24,289 bases of DNA. Origin: an uncultured Clostridia bacterium (GTDB lineage: Bacteria > Bacillota > Clostridia > Christensenellales > Aristaeellaceae). This document shows, piece after piece, positions 1 through 8,021 of this stretch. A program made the translations under genes and the position numbers. Positions within the stretch are counted from its first letter, which is position 1. Every line of letters begins with the position of its first letter. The stretch lies in assembly GCA_937907055.1 (NCBI GenBank), contig CALCTW010000119.1:1-24289 (forward strand), in the 5' to 3' direction. The notes under the pieces are model-generated. The model did no database searches. It was not told the DNA's origin and worked only from the letters and a program-made list of their open reading frames with translations.

Positions 1-163
1 TGACGTGAAGTTCACGCGCAATGCCTTTCCAGTCCGGTCTGGCGAGTCCCGTCCTTGGGTCGATCCGCCGCTTGAGCGCATTCAGGATTTGCTGGTTGAA
101 ATCAAGCGGAAGCCGGGACGGGCGTCCCCGCGGATTCCCCGTCGCTCGATGTGCCTTTCCCAT
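1..163 (-). CDS. 5' part of an unidentified gene running off the left edge. Basic N-terminus, possibly HTH/DNA-binding: MGKAHRATGNPRGRPSRLPLDFNQQILNALKRRIDPRTGLARPDWKGIARELHV...
   Basis: ATG at 163-161 on the minus strand, directly preceded by GGAGGAGGAAGG. The frame is open to the window edge. It is absent from the ORF track only because it is shorter than 60 aa. The GRPxxLP-type motif is common at the start of HTH domains. No family recognised. Confidence 0.35.
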   Translation of the reverse strand, partial: MGKAHRATGNPRGRPSRLPLDFNQQILNALKRRIDPRTGLARPDWKGIARELHV

Positions 164-276
164 AACCTTCCTCCTCCGTCCCTCTTCGGTGAACGAACAC
201 CACGAAATTGTACCAAAAATCACGCCCTGTTGCTTTGTCCCCGTCCGCCGACCCCAAAGAGCGGTCAGCGGACAGT

Positions 277-365
277 CAAAACCGCTCTACAGGGCGACCG
301 AAACAGTCCTACAGGGGAACTCAAATAGGGATAGGGGGCAATCGAAATCCGCCTACAGGGAAACT
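277..365 (+). repeat. Four tandem ~22-bp units (iteron-like), three carrying the exact core CTACAGGG
   Basis: CTACAGGG occurs at 287-294, 309-316 and 353-360. A degenerate copy (ATAGGGGG) lies at 331-338. Each unit starts C(G/A)AA(A/T) 10 nt before the core. Spacing is 22/22/22 bp, about two helical turns. Confidence 0.7.
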
Positions 366-379
366 CGTTTCCCTCCTAA

Positions 380-420
380 GTCTCATAATTCCCTCGCAAG
401 GGTCTCATAAATCCCCCTCT
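380..420 (+). repeat. Two further direct repeats, GTCTCATAA(T/A)TCCC, again 22 bp apart
   Basis: GTCTCATAA occurs at 380-388 and 402-410, each followed by (T/A)TCCC(C)CTC. The reverse complement (GAGGGAAT / GAGGGGGAT) loosely resembles the AGGG(G)AA part of the upstream units, so these may be inverted copies. Confidence 0.6.
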
Positions 421-524
421 CTTGCCCCATTCCAAGTCGACCTTGAACCCTGCTCGAATCGGCCTGTGACTCTGTTTTCTTGGCTTTCGACATCCTGGAA
501 AACATGAGGAAAACCGCAGGCGGT

Positions 525-566
525 GAATCGTCCCACGCTGACTGTTACTTTCACATGGGACGATTC
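525..566. repeat. Perfect 11-bp inverted repeat, GAATCGTCCCA-N20-TGGGACGATTC
   Basis: Arms at 525-535 and 556-566 are exact reverse complements. The right arm overlaps a possible promoter (TTCACA at 550-555, 18-nt spacer, TGcTATAAT with TATAAT at 574-579). Confidence 0.6.
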
Positions 567-1891
567 GATTTGCTATAATCCAACTCACGATGGACATTGG
601 CAGTATGATGAAGAACGCGGAGCTTCTTCGGAAACTTCACCAGCTGGAGGACGAGGAGCGGGCGAAAAAGGCGATTGGCAAGTTGGGGAAGAAGCGCGTC
701 GAAAAGGATGCCGCTTCGCGTCCCGCAGATTTGCCGCCGCTCACGCCGGAGATTGCCGCGCAGAACGGCGATACCGCCCGTACGGGAGAAGGGCGCGTCC
801 AGGGTGCGGATGATGGCGGGGTTCTTGTTCACCACGCCTTCCAGATTCTCGCCCACCGTCTTGCCGGTGCAGGTCATAACGGACAGATCCAGCAGATCCG
901 CCTTGGTCAGTTCCTTCATCACCGCCAGCACGCCGCCGGCCTGATCCAGGTCCTCCATAAAGGTATCACCGGCAGGCGCCAGATGGCACAGGTTGGGGGT
1001 CCTGGCGGAGATCTCGTTCGCGGTGTTCAGGTCGATCTTCACACCGGCCTCATGCGCGATGGCAGGCAGATGCAGCATCGTATTGGTGGAGCAGCCCAGC
1101 GCCATGTCCACGGTCTCGGCATTGTGGAAGGCCGCGGGCGTCATCACATCACGGGGTTTGATCCCCTTCTTCACCAGTTCCATCACCTGCATACCGGCCT
1201 TCTTCGCCAGACGGATACGGGCGGAATAGGGCGCGGGGATGGTACCGTTTCCGGGAAGCGCCATGCCGATCGCTTCGGTCAGGCAGTTCATGGAATTGGC
1301 CGTGTACATGCCGGAGCAGCTGCCGCAGGAGGGGCAGGCGTTCTCCTCATAATCACGCACTTCGTCCTCGTTCATTTTGCCGGCCTTGTAAGCGCCCACC
1401 GCCTCAAACATATGGCTCAGGCAGGTCCTGCGGCCATCCTCCAGATGACCGGCCAGCATGGGGCCGCCGCTGACAAAAATGGTAGGGATATTCAGGCGCG
1501 CGGCCGCCATCAGCAGACCGGGCACGTTCTTATCGCAGTTCGGGATCATGACCAGGCCGTCAAACTGATGCGCCATCACCATGGCTTCGGTGGAATCGGC
1601 GATCAGGTCACGCGTCACCAGCGAATACTTCATGCCCACGTGGCCCATGGCGATTCCGTCGCAGACGGCGATCGCGGGGAACAGGATGGGCGTACCGCCT
1701 GCCGCGCGGACACCGGCCTTGACCGCCTCGGCGACCTTATCGATATTCATGTGACCGGGCACGATCTCATTGTAGGAGCTGACAACACCGATGAGCGGAC
1801 GGTTCATCTCTTCTTCGGTCAGGCCCAGCGCGTAAAGCAGTGAACGGTTCGGCGCGCGTTCCACGCCGATCTTGATAGAATCGGACAGCAT
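551..1891 (-). pseudogene. ilvD: Dihydroxy-acid dehydratase IlvD, 3'-truncated. Only about the first 381 residues are IlvD; the last 65 codons of the ORF are an unrelated read-through tail.
   Basis: N-terminus [24 protein letters not shown].., with PNCDK and [16 protein letters not shown] cluster motifs and ..[11 protein letters not shown] (Leu codon at 749-751). The frame then reads RRERRQICG... instead of the usual AP(D/E)G..VK continuation. Typical IlvD is about 550-560 aa. RBS GGAGGAG lies upstream of the ATG at 1891. Confidence 0.8.
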
Positions 1892-2017
1892 ATTGATCTC
1901 CTCCGTGTTATCAGGCCGGAAAAAACACCCGGCACGTCATATTTGTTGATCATTCCGGCAGTTTCAGCACCGGATCATGCCTCCGCCGCGCGGGAGCAGG
2001 ATGCGGTGCTGACGCAT

Positions 2018-2062
2018 TCAAGAAACCGGAGAGGGGAAGGAATATCCATCCCCTCTCCGGTT
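2018..2062 (-). terminator. Rho-independent terminator downstream of ilvC
   Basis: Perfect 14-bp stem AACCGGAGAGGGGA (2024-2037) / TCCCCTCTCCGGTT (2049-2062) with an 11-nt loop. It is followed on the minus strand by TTTCTT. Confidence 0.65.
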
Positions 2063-2099
2063 CAGATCCGTGTCACCCGGTTTGGGTGACATTCAGAGG

Positions 2100-3119
2100 T
2101 CAGTTGGAAGCGGTGTCCAGATCGGAGTCGTTCTTCCACAACATCTGGGAACGCAGCTGAGCGCCGACGATCTCCATCTGATGCTTGGCCAGCTTTTCGC
2201 GCTTGCTGTTGAAGAAGCAGCGGCCGGTCTGGTTCTCAGCGATCCAGCGGCGGGCGAAGGTACCGTCTTGAATGTCATTCAGAACAGCCTTCATGTTGGC
2301 CTTGGTCTGCTCATAGGGCAGAACACGGGGGCCGGAAACATACTCGCCGTATTCGGCGGTATCGGAAATGGAGTAGTTCATCGCGCCGACGCCGCCCTTG
2401 TTGATCAGGTCGACGATCAGCTTCAGCTCATGGATGCACTCGAAGTAGGCGTTCTCAGGCTGATAGCCGGCTTCCACCAGCGTCTCGAAGCCGCAACGCA
2501 TGAGGTCGACAACGCCGCCGCACAGAACAGTCTGCTCGCCGAACAGGTCGGTCTCGGTCTCTTCGTTCATCGTGGTCTCCATGATACCCGCGCGAGCGCC
2601 GCCGATACCGGCGATGTAAGCCAGCGCCAGATCCCAGGCCTTGCCGGTGGCATCCTGCTCAACGGCGACCAGGCAGGGAACGCCCTTGCCGGCCACGTAG
2701 GTGGAACGCACGGTGTGACCGGGGCCCTTGGGAGCCGCCATGAACACGTCAACACCGGCGGGAGGAACGATCTGCTTATAGCGGATATTGAAGCCGTGCG
2801 CGAAAGCGATGGCCTTGCCTTCGGTCAGGTTGGGCTCGATATCCTGACGATACATGGCAGCCTGCTTTTCATCATTGATCAGGATCATGATGATGTCAGC
2901 CTTCTTGGTGGCCTCGGGCACAGTCATGACCTCGAAACCGTCCTTCTCAGCCACAGGCCAGCTCTTGCCGCCCTTGCGCAGACCGATGATGACGTTCGCG
3001 CCGCTGTCACGCAGGTTCAGCGCGTGCGCGTGGCCCTGAGAGCCGTAGCCCACGATCGCGATCACCTTGCCGTCCAGCTTGGAAATGTCACAATCCTTCT
3101 CGTAATACATTTTTGCCAT
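2100..3119 (-). CDS. ilvC: Ketol-acid reductoisomerase (class I)
   Basis: 339 aa. [40 protein letters not shown].. is the canonical IlvC N-terminus with its Rossmann motif. RBS AAGGAGAG. TGA stop. Confidence 0.95.
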   Translation of the reverse strand: MAKMYYEKDCDISKLDGKVIAIVGYGSQGHAHALNLRDSGANVIIGLRKGGKSWPVAEKDGFEVMTVPEATKKADIIMILINDEKQAAMYRQDIEPNLTEGKAIAFAHGFNIRYKQIVPPAGVDVFMAAPKGPGHTVRSTYVAGKGVPCLVAVEQDATGKAWDLALAYIAGIGGARAGIMETTMNEETETDLFGEQTVLCGGVVDLMRCGFETLVEAGYQPENAYFECIHELKLIVDLINKGGVGAMNYSISDTAEYGEYVSGPRVLPYEQTKANMKAVLNDIQDGTFARRWIAENQTGRCFFNSKREKLAKHQMEIVGAQLRSQMLWKNDSDLDTASN

Positions 3120-3651
3120 AGTCGTACTCTCCTTTTACTTTGGTTTTTTCGTCGATCGTATATTGTCCGCGTTCCAGCGCGACCATGCCGGTACGTACCA
3201 GTTCGAGGATTCCAAACTCCATCAGGAGGTTTTGGAGCGCTTCTGCCTTGTTCTCATCGCCGATGACAGCAAGGGTAATGGATGCCTTCGAGACGTCAAT
3301 GATATTGGCGCGGAAGATATTGGCGATCTGGATGATCTCATTGCGGCTGACCGCGTCCTTGGCCAGCACCTTGATCAGCACCAGTTCGCGGCGGATGGCG
3401 TGTTCCGGGGTGAGTACCTTCACTGAATGGACGGCGATCAGCTTGCGCAGCTGACCGGCCAGAAGCGCGATCTGATCCTCGGTAGCCAGCACCTCGATGG
3501 TGATACGGCTCTCGTCAGGATTGTCCGTCGTGCCCACAGCCAGTGATTCGATGTTATAGCCCTTACCGGAGAAGAGGCGGGCGACCCTGGAAAGCACGCC
3601 GGCTGCGTTGTCCACCAGCACGGCCAGTGTATGCCTTTCTGCGTTTGACAT
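3088..3651 (-). CDS. ilvN: Acetolactate synthase small (regulatory, ACT-domain) subunit
   Basis: 187 aa. [35 protein letters not shown]......RITI is typical of IlvN/IlvH. The 3' end overlaps the ilvC start by 32 nt. Confidence 0.9.
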   Translation of the reverse strand: MSNAERHTLAVLVDNAAGVLSRVARLFSGKGYNIESLAVGTTDNPDESRITIEVLATEDQIALLAGQLRKLIAVHSVKVLTPEHAIRRELVLIKVLAKDAVSRNEIIQIANIFRANIIDVSKASITLAVIGDENKAEALQNLLMEFGILELVRTGMVALERGQYTIDEKTKVKGEYDYGKNVLREGL

Positions 3652-3667
3652 AGATGGGTCTGCCTCC

Positions 3668-5368
3668 TCAGTTGATCATGAATTCGGTAATGTGACTGCC
3701 GCCGCCCACCATGGGACGAACCATCTCATCGATGCCGATGATGCAGTCGATCACATAGCCGTGTCCGCAGGCCATCGCTTCCTTCAGCGCGGATTCAAAT
3801 TCCTCCACACTGGTCACGCGCTTGCCGCTCAGGCCGTAGGCCTCCGCCAGCTTCACAAAATCCGGCGCGCGGTCCAGCGTCGTCTGGGAATAGTGATGGT
3901 TGTAGATCAGCGACTGCCACTGGCGCACCATGCCCAGCGTGCCGTTATTGAACAGAATGTTGATGATGGGCAGGTTGTAATACTGCTCGGTCGCCAGTTC
4001 GTTGCAGTTCATGCGGAAGCCGCCGTCACCGGTCACGTGGATCACGGTCTTCTCAGGATTGCCCACCTGCGCGCCGATCGCGGCACCGAGGCCGAAGCCC
4101 ATGGTACCGAAGCCGCCGCTGGTCATCAGCTGGCCGGGATAATCAAAATGGAAGTGCTGGATCGCCCACATCTGATGCTGGCCCACGTCCGTGGCCACCA
4201 TGGTATCCTGCGGGCAGAGGCGCACGATGGAATCCAGGATCTGACCCGGGGTCAGGTGTCCCTCCTCCTCCTCGTAGATCGTCTCGGTGGGATAGGAGAA
4301 TACCTGCTGCTTCCAATCGCTGTGATCGCCCTTTTCCACAAGGGGGAGCAGCATCTCCAGCACACGGCGCGCGTCACCGACGATGTGGTGATCGGTCTGC
4401 ACGTTCTTGTTGATCTCGCTGCGGTCGATATCGATCTGCACGATATTGGCGTTCTGCGCGAAAGTAGAGGGCTTCAGCGCCACACGGTCGGAGAAACGGC
4501 AGCCGACCACGATCAGCAGGTCGCAGGCATCCACCGCCATGTTGCTGGCCTGAGAGCCGTGCATGCCGATCAGACCGGTCGTCAGGGGATTCCTGCCGGG
4601 GAAGCCGCCCGCGCCCATCATGGTGATGGCGACTGGCGCGTCGATCTTGTTGGCCAGGTCAGAGAATTGAACATTGGCACGGGAACGCACCACACCGCCG
4701 CCGCACACCAGCAGCGGCTTTTTGCTGCAGTTGATCATATCGGCCAGACGTCGGATATCATCCATATCCGGTTCCGGCGCTTTAAAATCATAACGCTTCA
4801 TCAGCTCGCCCAGACGGCCGCCGGTATAGTGATCGCGCAGGTTGATGGGCTCATATTCGGCCTTCTCCGCCGTCACATTCTTTAAGATATCCAGCAGCAC
4901 AGGGCCGGGACGGCCGCTCCGCGCGATGGCAAAGGCCTCGCGCACGGTATCCGCCAGCTGGTTCACATCAGAAACCAGGTAATTGCACTTGGTGATCGGC
5001 ATGGTCACGCCGGTAATATCCACCTCCTGGAACGAATCCTTGCCCAGCAGGTTGGCGGACACATTGCAGGTCACGCACACGATGGGGCTGGAATCCAGAT
5101 AGGCGGTGGCGATCCCGGTCACCAGGTTGGTCGCGCCGGGACCGGAGGTGGCAAAGCACACGCCCACCTTGCCGGTGGAACGGGCATAACCGTCCGCCGC
5201 GTGGCAGGCTCCCTGCTCATGCGCCGTCAGGATATGCTTGATGCGATCGCCGTAATTGTATAATTCATCATAAACATTCAGGATGGTTCCGCCCGGATAT
5301 CCGAAAACGGTATCCACACCCTGCTCAAGCAGGCATTCCAGAAGGATTCTGGCGCCGGTCATCTGCAT
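3668..5368 (-). CDS. ilvB: Acetolactate synthase large (catalytic, ThDP/FAD) subunit
   Basis: 566 aa. MTGARILLECLLEQGVDTVFGYPGG.. with the ThDP motif GTMGFGLGAAIGAQV...GDGGFRMN. RBS GGAGGAA. Confidence 0.95.
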   Translation of the reverse strand: MQMTGARILLECLLEQGVDTVFGYPGGTILNVYDELYNYGDRIKHILTAHEQGACHAADGYARSTGKVGVCFATSGPGATNLVTGIATAYLDSSPIVCVTCNVSANLLGKDSFQEVDITGVTMPITKCNYLVSDVNQLADTVREAFAIARSGRPGPVLLDILKNVTAEKAEYEPINLRDHYTGGRLGELMKRYDFKAPEPDMDDIRRLADMINCSKKPLLVCGGGVVRSRANVQFSDLANKIDAPVAITMMGAGGFPGRNPLTTGLIGMHGSQASNMAVDACDLLIVVGCRFSDRVALKPSTFAQNANIVQIDIDRSEINKNVQTDHHIVGDARRVLEMLLPLVEKGDHSDWKQQVFSYPTETIYEEEEGHLTPGQILDSIVRLCPQDTMVATDVGQHQMWAIQHFHFDYPGQLMTSGGFGTMGFGLGAAIGAQVGNPEKTVIHVTGDGGFRMNCNELATEQYYNLPIINILFNNGTLGMVRQWQSLIYNHHYSQTTLDRAPDFVKLAEAYGLSGKRVTSVEEFESALKEAMACGHGYVIDCIIGIDEMVRPMVGGGSHITEFMIN

Positions 5369-5602
5369 AGATCTGATTCCTCCGTTTGATGCTCACGTCC
5401 GCGTCCGTGATCGGCTTCGGCCTTCATGGGCGCGTTATCCGTTGCCGCGCTTACGGCAGCGCTTCTTTTCCCCGCGTTTCCTCCCTCATTCTGTCCGGCT
5501 GTTTAAGGCTGCCGCCCAAACCGTACCGTCTGCAGAATAATTCACGCGAATGGCAGGAAAACCCTGCGTTTTTCAGACACTGGCTGGAGTGTCTTAACTG
5601 TT

Positions 5603-5632
5603 ATTTTATCACGGGCACGCGCCGGATGTCAA
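5603..5632 (-). promoter_or_regulatory. Sigma-A type promoter of the ilvBNC operon
   Basis: On the minus strand: TTGACA (5632-5627), 18-nt spacer, TAAAAT (5608-5603). T-rich DNA lies upstream. It sits about 230 nt before the ilvB ATG. Confidence 0.6.
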
Positions 5633-5721
5633 CGAATCCGCGGCGCGGCAAACGGCAAAAAACCCAAATAAACAAAGAAAAACCATTCCCGCCGTCCCGG
5701 TCTGTCCCACTTTTTGGAGAA

Positions 5722-5757
5722 TCAAAAGGCTTCCGCGGATCTGCTCCGCGAAAGCCT
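5722..5757 (-). terminator. Terminator after the 308-aa gene, possibly bidirectional
   Basis: 13-bp stem AGGCTTCCGCGGA (5727-5739) / TCCGCGAAAGCCT (5745-5757) with one mismatch. A T-run follows on both strands. Confidence 0.6.
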
Positions 5758-5786
5758 GTTTTTCAGTTCCGACAAACCGGCGCGTC

Positions 5787-6713
5787 TCAGCCGTTCTGGG
5801 TGAGGATCGCTTCCGTCCAGGTGGAATTATCACTGAATTCCAGCTGCATATGCTCGTTTTCTTTCTTCACGATGGGCAGCATGCTGTGCAGGATCTCCGC
5901 GTCCATCTTCAGCGGCTTCAGGCCCTTCTGATCGGCGCGCATCACGCACATTTTCAGGATCTGCAGATCCCGCTCGGAGATCAGCGTTGTCAGTCCGATG
6001 CTGCCCAGATAGCCGCCCTGCAGGGTCTCGATCATCGGCAGACGCATCACCAGAATGCTGCCCGCGCGGTCTTCGCTGCCCATGGACAGGGTCATGATAC
6101 CGGGAGCCAGTTCCACCCGTCCCTTGTACAGCGTGGTCCTGCGCTTGCTCAGTTCCAGCCCGGCGCGGTATTTCTTGTATTCGTCCAGCGATACATCCTT
6201 GCCGCGGAACAGTTCCCGGAGCGGCACACCGTTGATGTCATCGTCGGTGGTAATACCGGTGATCATCTGCACGGAGGTCGTGTCATGCTGCTTCTGGATC
6301 TTCATCAGCGCGCAGTACACCTCTTTTTTGTTGGGGATGCCCGCGTAATAATAACACTGATACAGTCCGCAATAGGGCGTTGTATCGGAGAAGGCATGCG
6401 TGCTGCGCAGGTTGTCGCTGCTTTCCAGCTTCTCATGCAGGAACGCGAAGGAGTCTACCTCCGGCTTGATGTTCGCGTTGTAGAACTGCACGATCTTGTT
6501 GACGATGTTCATGCTGGGCACGAAGGTCTCATTCAGGCACTTGGAAAGGTTGACATAGGAAGGCAGCAGCCAGGGTTCGTGGATCCACTTGGGGATCTCA
6601 CCGGAGCCGCTGACATAGTAAGGAGCGGTGTTCAGTTTCTTCCACATGTAAGCATAATTCAGGTGGAAATAAGCGTTTTCTTCTTCGTCCAGTTTGAGCA
6701 CGGTTCTTGCCAT
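5787..6713 (-). CDS. Hypothetical cytoplasmic protein, 308 aa, no family recognised
   Basis: Good RBS (AAAGGAGA) before the ATG at 6713. No TM segments. It lies 75 nt downstream of the ABC-2 permease with no intervening terminator, so it is probably co-transcribed. Confidence 0.6.
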   Translation of the reverse strand: MARTVLKLDEEENAYFHLNYAYMWKKLNTAPYYVSGSGEIPKWIHEPWLLPSYVNLSKCLNETFVPSMNIVNKIVQFYNANIKPEVDSFAFLHEKLESSDNLRSTHAFSDTTPYCGLYQCYYYAGIPNKKEVYCALMKIQKQHDTTSVQMITGITTDDDINGVPLRELFRGKDVSLDEYKKYRAGLELSKRRTTLYKGRVELAPGIMTLSMGSEDRAGSILVMRLPMIETLQGGYLGSIGLTTLISERDLQILKMCVMRADQKGLKPLKMDAEILHSMLPIVKKENEHMQLEFSDNSTWTEAILTQNG

Positions 6714-6788
6714 GGGTATTCTCCTTTCACAGCCTGTAAGGCCGGCGTCGTATCAACGTTCAAATGAAATTCGGTCGGTATAACAGGT

Positions 6789-8021
6789 TCAGCGCTTATC
6801 CTTGTCGATAAACTCCAGTGAGATCATACTGAGCAGCGCGAACAGGCAGATGAATCCGATCAGCGGCATCCAGTTATTCCAGATCACCTCGGTACTCCGG
6901 GCGTAAGCCTCGTTGTACATCGCCTTCGCGGACGCGTTCTGAATATATTCCTGCAGCTTGGTGCGGCCCACCGCGTCCATCACATCCCCCACACGGAAGT
7001 GATAATGGATGCTCTGATTGCCAAGATCCTGCACAGGCTCAAGCCCCAGGATCAGATCGATCACATCCCCGGCCTTGACGCGGATGACATTCTCCTCCTC
7101 CGCGTTTTCCGTCGCGGGGGCGGTTGTCTGGGCATTCTGTCCGGCCGGCTCCGTCTCCGTTTCCGTCACGCCGAACAACTCATCCAGCCGGATCACATAT
7201 TCCTTTTCGCGCGCTTCCTTAAACAGTCCTTCGTCGTTGCCGGCAAGATCCAGCAGCATGCCCACGGAGAGGTCTCCGTCCACCACACTGTTCTCCATCT
7301 TGACCAGCGTGGTCCAGCCGGTGGTCATGGGCAGGTTGTTATAATCAGCCTGCGCGGTGATCGCGGTCAGACCGTAGTTGCTGATCGTCAGGGTGCTGAT
7401 ATTCTTCGCCCACGCCGGAAGCGGGATCACGCTTCCGCTGAAGACCAGCTGGAAGATGAGCAGGAACGGCATAACCGTCATGGCCGTCGTGGTGCTGTGC
7501 GCGATACTGGAAACGAACAGCGACAGCATATCCGAAGCGTAGGAGATCAGGAACACCGTGATGCCGATGTCCAGGATCATCCAGGGGGTCATAAAGCCTT
7601 TATCCGGGAACTTCACCCCCACGATCTTGCAGACATACATGGTGATGGCCGCCTGCGCCAGGCACAGGAGCGCCTGATAGATCATGCTGCTGATGACATA
7701 GCTGGTGATGTGCATACCGCCGCGATGCTCGCGCTTGATGATATTTCTCTCGCGGCAGATGACCTGAATGGAGTTGAAGCAGCCGTTCCAGATGGCCACA
7801 CAGGCCATCGCGAACGCGCTGAGCAGAGTGCCCTCCATGGTGATAAAGAAATGCCTGCGGATCACCATGGATACCAGGGCGGCAATGATGCCTGCCATGG
7901 GCAGCACCTTCCAGTCACTGACGTACAGGAAGCTGCGCAGCTGCTTTCCCAGATAGATCGGGATCTGGTGCAGCCGTCCGCGGTGATGCAGTTTCGTATG
8001 CATCATCTTCTGATCAGGCAT
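6789..8021 (-). CDS. ABC-2 type transporter permease with a large extracytoplasmic segment before a final C-terminal TM
   Basis: 410 aa with six predicted TMs in an ABC-2/ABCG-like arrangement (..CFNSIQVICRERNIIKREHRGGMHITSYVISSM..). A ~150-aa acidic/hydrophilic region follows, then a last TM (WMPLIGFICLFALLSMISL). Its start overlaps the ATPase stop (ATGCCTGA). Confidence 0.75.
   Translation of the reverse strand: MPDQKMMHTKLHHRGRLHQIPIYLGKQLRSFLYVSDWKVLPMAGIIAALVSMVIRRHFFITMEGTLLSAFAMACVAIWNGCFNSIQVICRERNIIKREHRGGMHITSYVISSMIYQALLCLAQAAITMYVCKIVGVKFPDKGFMTPWMILDIGITVFLISYASDMLSLFVSSIAHSTTTAMTVMPFLLIFQLVFSGSVIPLPAWAKNISTLTISNYGLTAITAQADYNNLPMTTGWTTLVKMENSVVDGDLSVGMLLDLAGNDEGLFKEAREKEYVIRLDELFGVTETETEPAGQNAQTTAPATENAEEENVIRVKAGDVIDLILGLEPVQDLGNQSIHYHFRVGDVMDAVGRTKLQEYIQNASAKAMYNEAYARSTEVIWNNWMPLIGFICLFALLSMISLEFIDKDKR

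Noticed and set aside
5-507. Plus-strand ORFs 5-328, 21-410 and 208-507 in the left-end region.
   Set aside because: Their translations are Pro/Arg/Ser-rich and low-complexity, with no RBS. They overlap the repeat array and the better-supported minus-strand gene start at 163.
590-1843. Very long antisense ORFs opposite real genes: 590-1843, 2070-3266, 3608-4885, 6999-8057, 12196-13713, 15640-17187, 17732-18886, 19203-20300 and 22701-24008.
   Set aside because: Each lies opposite a gene with clear family motifs. Their translations are low-complexity and rich in Gly, Ala, Arg, His and Asp, with no RBS and no recognisable motifs. This is the typical stop-poor shadow frame of high-GC coding DNA. 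Only the first ~50 codons of 590-1843, which lie outside ilvD, are discussed as a possible real gene fragment.
3088-3119. 32-nt overlap between ilvN and ilvC, with a somewhat long IlvN C-terminus.
   Set aside because: The ilvC RBS lies within the ilvN tail. Short overlaps and translational coupling are common, and there is no sign of a frameshift.
5440-5500. T-box-like string AATGAGGGAGGAAACGCGGGG in the ilvB leader.
   Set aside because: It deviates at the conserved UGGNACCGCG core. No Stem I GA motif, specifier loop context, AGVGA loop or terminator/antiterminator pair with a U-run was found. It may simply be purine-rich sequence near the RBS. It needs an Infernal scan before any call.
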